A DNA stretch of 64,000 nt from an uncultured Candidatus Saccharibacteria bacterium (GCA_964629815.1 CAZVTA010000003.1:48721-112720), one strand, 5' to 3'; counted from the first letter of the stretch, positions 36,478 to 45,312 are shown. Translations and numbers: made by a program. The notes: generated by a model from the sequence alone, not told the origin.

Positions 36478-37926
36478 ATGAACTATTATGTAACAACATC
36501 GATTCCGTATGTGAATGGCGAGCCGCACTTAGGACATACGCTAGAATTTGTTATGACCGATGTTTTGGCGCGAGCCGCACGAAAAAAGGGCAAGCCAGTT
36601 ATCTTTAGTACTGGTACCGACGAGCATGGTGGTAAAATTGCCGATAAGGCCAAAGAACTTGGTCTTGAACCAAAAGTCTACACTGACAAAATGGTGGCCA
36701 CATTCGTAGATCTACAAAAAAAACTAAACATATCTAATGACCGATTTATCCGTACCACAGACGAAGCACACGAACAGCGTGCACAAATTATTTGGCAAAA
36801 ACTGAGCAAGTATATTTACAAGGGCAAGTACGAAGGGCTCTACTGTACGGGTTGCGAAGCGTTCTATACGGAAGCGGTTGCACGCGAGAATGGCGGCGTA
36901 TGTCCAGATCATAAAAAGCCGTACGATAAGATATCTGAAGAAAACTATTTCTTTAAGCTGAGTGCTTTTTCTGATCAGATTCGCCGCGAGATAGAGTCCG
37001 ACGAGTTACTTATTTTGCCAGAATCTCGCAAGAACGAGATATTGTCAGTACTGCGCGAAGGCTTGCAAGATATCAGTATTAGCCGTCCCAAGCAAAACAT
37101 TAGTTGGGGTATACCAGTGCCCGGTGATGATGCTCAGGTAATGTATGTCTGGTTTGATGCGTTGTTGAATTATATTACCGTCTTAGGCTATCCAGAGCAT
37201 GAAGATTTTGCTAAATTCTGGCCTGCCAATGTACAGGTAATCGGCAAAGATATTTTGCGGTTCCATGCTGCTATTTGGCCAGCTATACTGCTTGGGCTCG
37301 AATTAAAGTTGCCACGTTGTTTGTATGTGCATGGTTTTATTAATGTAAATGGCGCCAAGATGAGTAAGTCTACGGGTAATTTTATTGCCCCCGGAGAAAT
37401 CTTGAGCAAATACAGCGCCGATGTTGTGCGCTATTATTTGTTGCGACATGTGCCAAGCTACGACGATGGAGATTTTAGCTGGGAGATGATCGACAAAGCG
37501 TACAATAACGAGCTGGCAAATGAGCTCGGTAATGCCGTTCAGCGAACCGGCGCTATGATTAAGAAATACCAAGAGGGCATTATTGGTACTATTCCTCCGT
37601 CGAATCATGACAATGCACAGTACTGGTCGTATCTTAACTTTTGCCGATTCGATCGAGCGCTCGATGAGGTTTGGGACCAGGTGCGTGGGCTTAATCAATA
37701 TATCGAAGAACAAAAACCATGGGCTATAGCCAAGACTGCCGACAAAGAACATTTGCGGGAAGTGCTCGCATATCAGGCGAGTTGTTTGCTGGAAATCGCA
37801 GAACTGCTCGAGCCATTCATGCCAGATACTGCTCGTAAAATTCGCCACGTATTTGAAGAGGGTGTCGTGCGTGAAATAGAAGGGACGCTATTCCCACGGA
37901 TCGAACCAAAACCAGAAACGGCGTAA
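36478..37926 (+). CDS. metG: methionyl-tRNA synthetase
   Basis: Motifs are YVNGEPHLGH (HIGH), the zinc knuckle CTGCEAF...CPDH, and KMSKS. Confidence 0.92.
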   Translation: MNYYVTTSIPYVNGEPHLGHTLEFVMTDVLARAARKKGKPVIFSTGTDEHGGKIADKAKELGLEPKVYTDKMVATFVDLQKKLNISNDRFIRTTDEAHEQRAQIIWQKLSKYIYKGKYEGLYCTGCEAFYTEAVARENGGVCPDHKKPYDKISEENYFFKLSAFSDQIRREIESDELLILPESRKNEILSVLREGLQDISISRPKQNISWGIPVPGDDAQVMYVWFDALLNYITVLGYPEHEDFAKFWPANVQVIGKDILRFHAAIWPAILLGLELKLPRCLYVHGFINVNGAKMSKSTGNFIAPGEILSKYSADVVRYYLLRHVPSYDDGDFSWEMIDKAYNNELANELGNAVQRTGAMIKKYQEGIIGTIPPSNHDNAQYWSYLNFCRFDRALDEVWDQVRGLNQYIEEQKPWAIAKTADKEHLREVLAYQASCLLEIAELLEPFMPDTARKIRHVFEEGVVREIEGTLFPRIEPKPETA

Positions 37927-37934
37927 TGCAGTAG

Positions 37935-38705
37935 ATGAACAAATACATAGACACGCATTGCCATATCCATTTTGCCGATTATGAACTCGACCCAGACCAA
38001 GTGCTCCGAGATGCAGTAAATAGCGGCGTTACTAAAATGATTTGTGTTGGTTGTACGCTAGAAGATAGTCGTGCTGGGATCGAATTTGCGCAGTCACATG
38101 ATGGCGTATGGGCATCGATTGGTATTCATCCTCACGAAGCGAAAGATTATGTAGGTAACAGCACTGCCTTGCAGTCATTTCGTTCGTTAGCAGCTAAGCC
38201 AAAAGTTGTAGCAGTGGGCGAGATTGGGCTCGATTACTACTATAATCACTCCGATAAAGTTGCACAGGCAAAGCTGCTTCGGTTTCAGCTCGATGTGGCG
38301 GTTGAACATGCATTACCCATTATTTTTCATGTACGCGATGCGTTTGAAGACTTTTGGAAAATATTTGATGAATACCAAGGAATTAGGGGTGTTGTACATA
38401 GTTTTACTGCTACTACTACAGAACTTGAACAGATTTTAGAGCGAGGTTTATTAGTGGGGCTTAATGGTATTATGACGTTTACAAAAGATAGTGCTCAACT
38501 CGCAGCCGCCAAAGCAGCACCACTCGAGAAAATAGTCGTTGAAACAGATGCGCCGTTCTTGACTCCGAAGCCATATCGTGGTACAATCTGTCAGCCTAAG
38601 CATGTAGTGCAAACGGCGGAGTTTTTGAGTGATTTACGTGGTGAATCGCCAGAGCATTTCGCTCGACAAACTACACTCAATGCCGAGGCACTATTCTCAA
38701 TATAA
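37935..38705 (+). CDS. tatD: TatD-family metal-dependent hydrolase/DNase
   Basis: Motifs are IDTHCHI, GEIGLDYY and VVETDAPFLTP. Confidence 0.88.
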   Translation: MNKYIDTHCHIHFADYELDPDQVLRDAVNSGVTKMICVGCTLEDSRAGIEFAQSHDGVWASIGIHPHEAKDYVGNSTALQSFRSLAAKPKVVAVGEIGLDYYYNHSDKVAQAKLLRFQLDVAVEHALPIIFHVRDAFEDFWKIFDEYQGIRGVVHSFTATTTELEQILERGLLVGLNGIMTFTKDSAQLAAAKAAPLEKIVVETDAPFLTPKPYRGTICQPKHVVQTAEFLSDLRGESPEHFARQTTLNAEALFSI

Positions 38706-38710
38706 ACAAT

Positions 38711-39052
38711 ATGTATAACGATCCAATTAACCCAGAACGATTAGCCGTGCCCGAACAGCTCCCGCGACGATGGGGGACGGTGCTTGCTGCTTTGCAGCGA
38801 GTTGCTTCGAGTGCGTCTGTTCAGGCTGCTCTAAGCGCACAAAACGCTCAACAACAGCGTAACGCACAAGCTGCGGAAACGGTAAGTCGGCAAGAGCTAG
38901 ATTTTGCTAACCCGGGCGGTTTGCAGGCGGCAGGCGAAACAAGCCAAAAAGATATCAGCGCAAAGACTCCGGCTGCTTTTACTGAAAACGAAAGTTTACT
39001 GGCTGACGCCTACGCAAAGCTCAATGCGATTAACGGGGTGAATAATGATTAA
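38711..39052 (+). CDS. hypothetical protein (Ala/Gln-rich)
   Basis: A 113-aa ORF whose stop overlaps the next start. Composition is low-complexity. Confidence 0.4.
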   Translation: MYNDPINPERLAVPEQLPRRWGTVLAALQRVASSASVQAALSAQNAQQQRNAQAAETVSRQELDFANPGGLQAAGETSQKDISAKTPAAFTENESLLADAYAKLNAINGVNND

Positions 39053-39413
39053 GAAACTACTCAAGGTGTTGACTGGTACATCTGCCGCAGACCGCGAAGC
39101 AGAACTATACCGTAACCTGATTCGCCACGAAGCAAAAATCGGTGGTACTTTGTTTGGTGACGTTCCCGCTGGTGGAAGGCGAGAATTCTTTTGCCTCGAC
39201 GAGCACACTTGGGTTTGGCACGAGGAATGGGTAGACCAATATGGCAATCGACAAACCAAGACGACTCGATACGATGTTCGTCCTGACGGTATACTCAAGG
39301 CCCAAGATGGCCAGCTCTACCAACGAATTAGTGACGACGAAGCGCTTAACTTTTATCAAGCAACGCAACTCTATGGTCAACGTGTACATGCCGAAATGTA
39401 CAACATGCTTTAG
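39045..39413 (+). CDS. hypothetical protein
   Basis: A 122-aa ORF overlapping the upstream ORF by 8 nt. No motif was recognised. Confidence 0.45.
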   Translation: MIKKLLKVLTGTSAADREAELYRNLIRHEAKIGGTLFGDVPAGGRREFFCLDEHTWVWHEEWVDQYGNRQTKTTRYDVRPDGILKAQDGQLYQRISDDEALNFYQATQLYGQRVHAEMYNML

Positions 39414-39438
39414 ATAGGTGCATACTAAACGTATAGTT

Positions 39439-40584
39439 ATGAAGCACATTTACCTCGATTATGCTGCTGCAACGCCCGTTTCCGACGAGGTGCTTGCTGC
39501 TATGCAACCATATTTTCAGAAGGCTTTTTTTAATCCAAGCGCATTGTATCTTGCGAGCAAAGCAGTCCATGCAGATGTAGAGCAGGCACGGTCGCGTGTG
39601 GCAAGCGCAATTGGCTGCCGCCCAAGCGAAATAATCTTTACTGCTGGTGGTACCGAAGCAAATAATCTGGCAATTCGCGGTGTAATGGATCGTTTTCCAG
39701 ACAAAACAGCGCTTGTGTGTGCGATAGACCATAAGTCCGTTCTAGAACCTACCAAAGGCTATTCTCATAAACTAGTTCCGGTTTTATCAAATGGGCAGGT
39801 CGATGTAAAAGCTTTAAAAACTATGCTGCAAGACGATGTGGTACTCGTTAGTGTCGGATACGTTAATAATGAAATTGGTACCATTCAAGACATGCACGCT
39901 ATTAGTGCCCTGTTGCAGTCAGTTCGAGCAGACAGGCTTGCACGAGGGATCGATGTGCCGCTACTATTTCATACCGACGCTTGTCAGGCGCCAAATTACG
40001 TACCGGTTCAGCCTGGACGACTTGGCGTCGATTTGATGACAATCAATGGTGGTAAGATTTACGGACCAAAACAAAGCGGCTGTCTATATGTCCGAGCTGG
40101 TGTTGTGCTTTCGCCGCAAATTGTTGGTGGTGGCCAAGAGTTTAGTATGCGTAGCGGAACTGAAAACGTTCCAGCGATTGTTGGTTTTAGTGTTGCACTC
40201 AAAAACGCTGTGCACTCTGCAAAAGAAAACGCCCTAACAGCGCGGCAACTACAGAAATACTTTATGCAAAATATTGCTCGCTTCTTTCCGGACGCTCACA
40301 CACAGGGAGATGCAAAGAAGCGAATTGTCAATAATGTACATGTACTGTTTCCGGGTGTTGATAACGAACGACTTGTTATGGAACTCGACGAACAGGGAAT
40401 ACAGTGTGCAGTTGGTTCGGCTTGCAACGCGAGCAGCGATGAACCATCGCACGTGTTAACGGCTATTGGCCTGAGCGACGAAGAAGCGCGTTCGTGTGTT
40501 CGATTTACACTTGGAAAACATACTACAAAAAAAGATATCGATGCGGTCATGACCGCACTCAAAAAGGCTATCGGCCATGAATAA
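39439..40584 (+). CDS. iscS: cysteine desulfurase (class V aminotransferase, IscS/NifS-like)
   Basis: Motifs are IYLDYAAATP, FTAGGTEANN, HTDACQA and SGTENV. I preferred ATG 39439 over GTG 39418. Confidence 0.85.
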   Translation: MKHIYLDYAAATPVSDEVLAAMQPYFQKAFFNPSALYLASKAVHADVEQARSRVASAIGCRPSEIIFTAGGTEANNLAIRGVMDRFPDKTALVCAIDHKSVLEPTKGYSHKLVPVLSNGQVDVKALKTMLQDDVVLVSVGYVNNEIGTIQDMHAISALLQSVRADRLARGIDVPLLFHTDACQAPNYVPVQPGRLGVDLMTINGGKIYGPKQSGCLYVRAGVVLSPQIVGGGQEFSMRSGTENVPAIVGFSVALKNAVHSAKENALTARQLQKYFMQNIARFFPDAHTQGDAKKRIVNNVHVLFPGVDNERLVMELDEQGIQCAVGSACNASSDEPSHVLTAIGLSDEEARSCVRFTLGKHTTKKDIDAVMTALKKAIGHE

Positions 40585-41623
40585 ACAGACAGTTTTTGTT
40601 GGGCTGAGTGGGGGCGTGGATAGTTCAGTTACGGCTGCTCTGCTGAAAGAGCAGGGCTACAATGTTGTGGGGGTTTTCATGAAAAACTGGAGCAAAGATT
40701 TGCCCGGTTTTCCTTGTCCATGGAAAGAGGATTACCAAGACGCAAAACGTGTTGCTGTGCAGTTAGGGATACCGTTTAAAATGTTCGATTTTGAAAAGCA
40801 ATACCGAAGTAAAGTCGTAGACTATATGCTTGCAGAATATAAAGCGGGTCGAACTCCAAACCCAGACATTATGTGCAATCAAGAGATTAAGTTTAAGCTT
40901 TTCTTTGAAACTGCTATGAGCGAAGGCGCTGATTTGATTGCCACAGGGCATTACGCACGAACCAAAGACGGTAAGCTTAAGTCCGCGAAGGATACCAATA
41001 AAGACCAGACGTATTTTTTGTATCGTGTGAGTGAAGCTGCGCTTTGCAAAACACTATTTCCGCTCGGAGATTACACAAAGCCCGAAGTTCGAGAACTTGC
41101 CAAAAAGTTTGGCTTAGTTACCGCAACAAAAAAAGAAAGCATGGGCATATGCTTTGTCGGTAAGGTTGGTATAAAAGACTTTTTATTGCACGAACTTGGT
41201 CCTCAAAAACCGGGCAACATCGTGGACAATACGGGCAAGGTCATCGGCGTGCACGATGGAGCAATCTTTTATACCATTGGTCAACGTCAGGGACTAAATG
41301 TTGGGGGTGGCCGGCCACTGTATGTTACGCATAAGGATATGCAGCAGAATATCGTCTACGTAACACCTGTTTTAGATGACGTGCGACTGTGGACTAAAGA
41401 GCTCGTACTGCGGGATGTGCACTGGATCAATGGCGTACCGGCCAAAGGTAGCGCATGTCTTGTTCGGACGAGACACCGAGCGCCACTTGTAGGGGGTACG
41501 ATTCGTATGCAAAGATCACACGTCACGGTCGAACTGGATGACGAGATCCGCGCTATAACACCTGGCCAGTCTGCCGTACTGTATACCGAACAGCTAGTGT
41601 TGGGTGGCGGTATCATCTCCTAG
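40577..41623 (+). CDS. mnmA: tRNA-specific 2-thiouridylase
   Basis: PP-loop VGLSGGVDSSV plus NPDIMCN and the C-terminal barrel. It overlaps the desulfurase gene by 8 nt. Confidence 0.9.
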   Translation: MNKQTVFVGLSGGVDSSVTAALLKEQGYNVVGVFMKNWSKDLPGFPCPWKEDYQDAKRVAVQLGIPFKMFDFEKQYRSKVVDYMLAEYKAGRTPNPDIMCNQEIKFKLFFETAMSEGADLIATGHYARTKDGKLKSAKDTNKDQTYFLYRVSEAALCKTLFPLGDYTKPEVRELAKKFGLVTATKKESMGICFVGKVGIKDFLLHELGPQKPGNIVDNTGKVIGVHDGAIFYTIGQRQGLNVGGGRPLYVTHKDMQQNIVYVTPVLDDVRLWTKELVLRDVHWINGVPAKGSACLVRTRHRAPLVGGTIRMQRSHVTVELDDEIRAITPGQSAVLYTEQLVLGGGIIS

Positions 41624-41632
41624 TAATGCTTG

Positions 41633-42124
41633 TCAGGTGATGATTTTTTCGGGTTTAACAGTTGTGTCAATAGGGAGCGTGTGATCGTAGCCTATCTCTA
41701 CACTTCTGCCTATGATGCAGTTGCTGCCAATCTCACTACCCGTTAGGAGCGTGGCGCCCGTTTCGATTTCACATAAGTCCCCAACTTTTACACCGTGCTC
41801 GATACGTACCGCATCGCCAAGTTCGCAGCCTTCTCCAAGGACTACTCGTGATCCAATCAGGGAGTGCCTGCCAATTATGCAACCTGCTGCGATGGAGGTG
41901 TGCGGTCCGATGCGTTCGATATTATCAATATAGGTTTGTCGGGTCAGATCATTAACGGTTACGCTCCCAAGGGTTAGGAATACATTTGGCTGCACAGGTA
42001 CTGCCTCTGGTTGATATGCAGCAAGTAGCTCCTGTCTGTAACGTAGCTCTGGGCTAATGCAGCGTTCGACGATGTCTGTAATTGCGAATGTAAGGGCGTG
42101 TGGTGAGATGAAAAAATTTGACAT
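41633..42124 (-). CDS. hexapeptide-repeat (left-handed beta-helix) transferase-like protein
   Basis: Imperfect [LIV]-G-x4 hexads recur through the C-terminal 100 aa (IGRHSLIGSRVVLGEGCELGDAVRIEHGVKVGDLCEIETGATLLTGSEIGSNCIIG). Confidence 0.65.
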   Translation of the reverse strand: MSNFFISPHALTFAITDIVERCISPELRYRQELLAAYQPEAVPVQPNVFLTLGSVTVNDLTRQTYIDNIERIGPHTSIAAGCIIGRHSLIGSRVVLGEGCELGDAVRIEHGVKVGDLCEIETGATLLTGSEIGSNCIIGRSVEIGYDHTLPIDTTVKPEKIIT

Positions 42125-42153
42125 AAAAAAACCTCTCTTGTTACCAAGAAAGG
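42125..42153 (-). terminator. terminator/SD-sequestering hairpin abutting ATG 42124
   Basis: Minus strand: CCTTTCTTG-GTAA-CAAGAGAGG, then T7, then the ATG immediately. The only SD-like sequence (AGAGAGG) is the 3' arm. The G-U pair favours the minus strand. Confidence 0.6.
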
Positions 42154-42290
42154 ATAGCGAATAATCAATATCTTTCCCTGGCGGGCTAGATGGAGCACCA
42201 CATTACGGTGTAATAGGTTGCTGGCAGGTCGACGAGCTAGGACTCTCGCTGCACTCTGTATATTTTCAAATTGTTAATTGTTTCATCATA
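42154..42290 (-). promoter_or_regulatory. GC-rich structured leader or small RNA upstream of the transferase gene
   Basis: Three predicted minus-strand hairpins: GCAG-CGAG-aguccuag-CUCG-..-CUGC; AGCAACC-u-AUUAC-acc-GUAAU-gu-GGUGCU; AUCU-ag-CCC-gcca-GGG-aa-AGAU. No known class was recognised. Confidence 0.35.
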
Positions 42291-42316
42291 GCAAAAAAGA
42301 AGGGGTAAGTAAACAA

Positions 42317-42345
42317 TTGACACAAATTAAACATTATACTATAAT
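42317..42345 (+). promoter_or_regulatory. consensus sigma70-type promoter (leaderless mRNA)
   Basis: TTGACA (42317-42322), 17 nt, TATAAT (42340-42345), then 7 nt to ATG 42353. Confidence 0.6.
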
Positions 42346-42352
42346 AGTATTT

Positions 42353-42646
42353 ATGAATAATACAGAACATGGCAAAATTGATCATCGAGAAATAGATAGT
42401 TCTTTAGACGCGCAGAGTGGAATGACTACGAATCCAGAGATGAGGACTGCTATGAGTCCTGCGGCAGCAAATTTTTTAGGTTCTGTTGCTTTGAATGTAG
42501 TCGCGAGCGGTGTTGCATTATTTGAACGGATGTATGACGGTGTCTATTCGGCGAGTACTCCTCTTGCAATTGGATCTGGCTTACTTGGTCTTCGCGGTGC
42601 ATTTCTGCATTATAAAGATGTAGTAGCTAGTCGCTCGATACGTTAA
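42353..42646 (+). CDS. small hypothetical membrane protein
   Basis: I chose ATG 42353 because the consensus promoter lies inside the longer ORF (42278). It has two hydrophobic segments. Confidence 0.45.
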   Translation: MNNTEHGKIDHREIDSSLDAQSGMTTNPEMRTAMSPAAANFLGSVALNVVASGVALFERMYDGVYSASTPLAIGSGLLGLRGAFLHYKDVVASRSIR

Positions 42647-42689
42647 GCAAGTAGTTTATTTTTAGTACTACCTCTGTTAGAATGTGGCT

Positions 42690-44582
42690 ATGACTGCACA
42701 ACAAATCCGCAAAGCATACCTAGATTTCTTTAAAGATAAAGGCCACGTTATAGTTCCACGTGCATTATTGGTGCCATACAACGATCCGACCACCTTATTT
42801 ACGGGTAGCGGCATGCAACCACTTATACCGTACCTGCTAGGTGAGCCACACACAGATGGTACACGGCTGGTAGATAGCCAGACGTGTTTACGTGCACAAG
42901 ATATCGACGATATTGGCGATAATCGACACACTACTTTTTTTGAAATGTTAGGCAACTGGAGTCTGGGAGACTATTTTAAAAAAGACCAGCTTCCTTGGTT
43001 TTTTGGTTTTTTAATTGATACAGTTGGTTTAGATCCAAGTCGGATTTATGCAACTTGTTGCAGTGGCTTTCCTGAATTTGATGTTCCAAAAGATACGGAG
43101 AGTGCAGAAATATGGAAAGAGCTATTTGAATCAAAAGGCATAGATGCGAAACAAGTAGAGATTGGTTCTGAAGAGAACGGCTATAAAGTGGGCGAGCAAG
43201 ATGGCCGTATTTTCTTTTATGACGAAAAGAACTGGTGGAGTCGAAACGGGGCGCCCAGGGATGTGAAGGTAGGCGAACCATGCGGGCCAGATAGCGAAGT
43301 GTTTTATCTGTTTGATCAAATCGAACACGATACCTCGTATGGCGAAAAATGCCACCCAAACTGTGATTGTGGTCGGTATATGGAAATTGGCAATTCAGTT
43401 TTTATGGAATATATACGGACCGATAAGGGGTTCGAAAAATTGCCAAAGCAAAACGTAGACTTTGGCGGCGGGCTCGAACGTATAGCTGCTGCAGCACTCA
43501 ATAGCCCAGATGTATTCAAAATTAGTATAATGTGGCCCATTATCGAAAAGCTCGAGAAACTGAGTGGTAAAAATTATGATAGTCATACAAACAGCATGCG
43601 CGTTATTGCAGACCATCTCCGTGCGGCGACATTTTTAGCTGTTGATGGTGTAACGCCAAGCAATAAAGAGCAGGGGTATGTGATGCGTCGACTGGTTCGT
43701 CGAGCTATACGCTTTGCATTCGAGCTGGGAATTGAGCAAAACTTTGTGCAAGACGTGGTTCCGGTTATTGCAGATCTGTACCACGAAGACTTTCCAGAAG
43801 TTGCAGATAAACGCCAGGAAGTTATCGATGTACTGGTACGCGAAGAAAAAGCCTTTCGACAAACTATACGCAAAGGCATACACCAATTTAGTAAGTTTGC
43901 AGCCAATGGTTTAACGGGTGAAGAAATCTTTACTCTGTACGACACGTACGGCTTTCCTGTTGAACTGAGCGTGGAAGAGGCGTTCAAACAAGGAATTTCG
44001 GTTTCTGATACGTGGCAAAAAGAATTTGAGTCAAAAATGTCCGAACAACGTGCTCGTAGCCAAACCGCTGCAAAGGGAACGTTCAAGGGCGGTCTAGGTG
44101 GACAGACCTTGCAGCACAAAAAATACCATACCGCGACACACCTTATGTATCAGGCGCTACGAGATGTGCTTGGCGACCATGTAATCCAGCGTGGTAGCAA
44201 TATTACCGAAGAGCGTTTGCGGTTTGACTTTAGTCACCCCGAAAAAGTAACCCGCGAACAGCTCGATGAAGTTGAAGCAATAGTAAACCGCGAAATTGCC
44301 AAGGATTTACAGGTTAGTTGGAAAGAATATCCTACCAAAGAAGCTACTGGCCCATTGGGTGCGCTTGGTCAATTTGGTGATCGTTACGGCGAAACTGTAA
44401 AGGTCTATTCTATGAAAGACCCTCAATCGCCAGAGAAAGAGCGTCCATTTAGCTTCGAGATTTGCGGCGGCCCACATGTTGATCACACCCTGCAGCTTTT
44501 TGAAGACGGTAAGAAATTCAAAATCCTCAAAGAAGAAGCCAGCAGCGCTGGTGTTCGAAGAATTAAAGCGGTACTTGTATAG
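42690..44582 (+). CDS. alaS: alanyl-tRNA synthetase (short form lacking the C-terminal C-Ala domain)
   Basis: IRKAYLDFFKDKGH and catalytic core motifs, plus editing-domain motifs HTATHLM and CGGPHV. About 630 aa. ATG 42690 lies 6 nt after TAGAAT; GTG 42684 abuts it. Confidence 0.9.
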   Translation: MTAQQIRKAYLDFFKDKGHVIVPRALLVPYNDPTTLFTGSGMQPLIPYLLGEPHTDGTRLVDSQTCLRAQDIDDIGDNRHTTFFEMLGNWSLGDYFKKDQLPWFFGFLIDTVGLDPSRIYATCCSGFPEFDVPKDTESAEIWKELFESKGIDAKQVEIGSEENGYKVGEQDGRIFFYDEKNWWSRNGAPRDVKVGEPCGPDSEVFYLFDQIEHDTSYGEKCHPNCDCGRYMEIGNSVFMEYIRTDKGFEKLPKQNVDFGGGLERIAAAALNSPDVFKISIMWPIIEKLEKLSGKNYDSHTNSMRVIADHLRAATFLAVDGVTPSNKEQGYVMRRLVRRAIRFAFELGIEQNFVQDVVPVIADLYHEDFPEVADKRQEVIDVLVREEKAFRQTIRKGIHQFSKFAANGLTGEEIFTLYDTYGFPVELSVEEAFKQGISVSDTWQKEFESKMSEQRARSQTAAKGTFKGGLGGQTLQHKKYHTATHLMYQALRDVLGDHVIQRGSNITEERLRFDFSHPEKVTREQLDEVEAIVNREIAKDLQVSWKEYPTKEATGPLGALGQFGDRYGETVKVYSMKDPQSPEKERPFSFEICGGPHVDHTLQLFEDGKKFKILKEEASSAGVRRIKAVLV

Positions 44583-44589
44583 GAAGTTC

Positions 44590-45270
44590 ATGGCTTTAGG
44601 CGCAGCAGAAGGAGAGGCGATTAAAGCTCGGCTAGACGAGCGTCATTATGCAGTTCTGCGCTCGTATGTTGAACCGGAGCAGCTTGCAGTGCTACAGCGC
44701 AGCGCAGCATGGGTTGGACGATTATCTCTGCAAGCACGAATACCCGAAGGATTGGTAGAGGCGCGGCGCTCAAGTGCGCATGGCGTTCGGCAGCTTCATG
44801 TTTCGCCAGACCGCCTGCTCGCAAGAATGCATCCGCCGATAGCTCAGTACAGGCGTGTATTGTTTACTGATTTGCACGAGGCAGGTGTTGTTCCAACAGA
44901 GTGGGGACGGCACGAGGATATATATGAACATGTTAACTATGTGATGATTGCTCGTCCAGGCACGGAGCGTGGTTTTGAGATGCATCGTGACGATAGACAT
45001 ATGGACCCAGGCGTTGTTGCTATAACTATGGTAGACGGGAGTCGAAGTGTAGGTATTGTTCGTGCAATTGGTGAGTATTACAGCAGGGCGCCAAAAAATG
45101 GCCAGGTAGAATTTCAGGAAGTGCTCGATGAAGGAGATGTTTTGCTGCTTGATTCGCAAAAACGTCCCTGGCATACAACTCACAATGCGCTTCCAGATCG
45201 CCCCAGCACTACGGTTGTGTTCGCGCATCGCTATACCAGGCAATTTGCAGATCAGACGATGACCGTCTAA
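44590..45270 (+). CDS. hypothetical protein, possible 2OG-Fe(II) oxygenase fold
   Basis: ATG 44590 lies after AGGAAG (the ORF opens inside alaS). The candidate facial triad is H-R-D (EMHRDD) ... H (PWHTTH), followed by an RxS-like RPSTTV. Confidence 0.45.
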   Translation: MALGAAEGEAIKARLDERHYAVLRSYVEPEQLAVLQRSAAWVGRLSLQARIPEGLVEARRSSAHGVRQLHVSPDRLLARMHPPIAQYRRVLFTDLHEAGVVPTEWGRHEDIYEHVNYVMIARPGTERGFEMHRDDRHMDPGVVAITMVDGSRSVGIVRAIGEYYSRAPKNGQVEFQEVLDEGDVLLLDSQKRPWHTTHNALPDRPSTTVVFAHRYTRQFADQTMTV

Positions 45271-45312
45271 GGGTTAACGTAGCTTCGCATCCGTAGTATA
45301 CTAATAAGGCTT

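Noticed and set aside
37303-37848. Long antisense ORFs inside well-supported genes: 37303-37848 in metG, 43583-44119 in alaS, 57574-58086 in uvrA, 44770-45243, 61559-62014 in rplY, and 52019-52426 in obg.
   Set aside because: Each lies fully inside, and opposite to, a gene with strong family motifs. They show no SD or promoter and have biased, low-complexity translations typical of shadow ORFs.
42160-42260. Possible SRP (4.5S) RNA, because the plus strand contains GCTGGCAGG, as in the E. coli 4.5S 3' half.
   Set aside because: Neither strand has a GNRA-capped helix 8 with the GGAA/AGCA symmetric-loop motifs, and the complementary 5' strand is missing. The hairpins fit the minus-strand leader model better.
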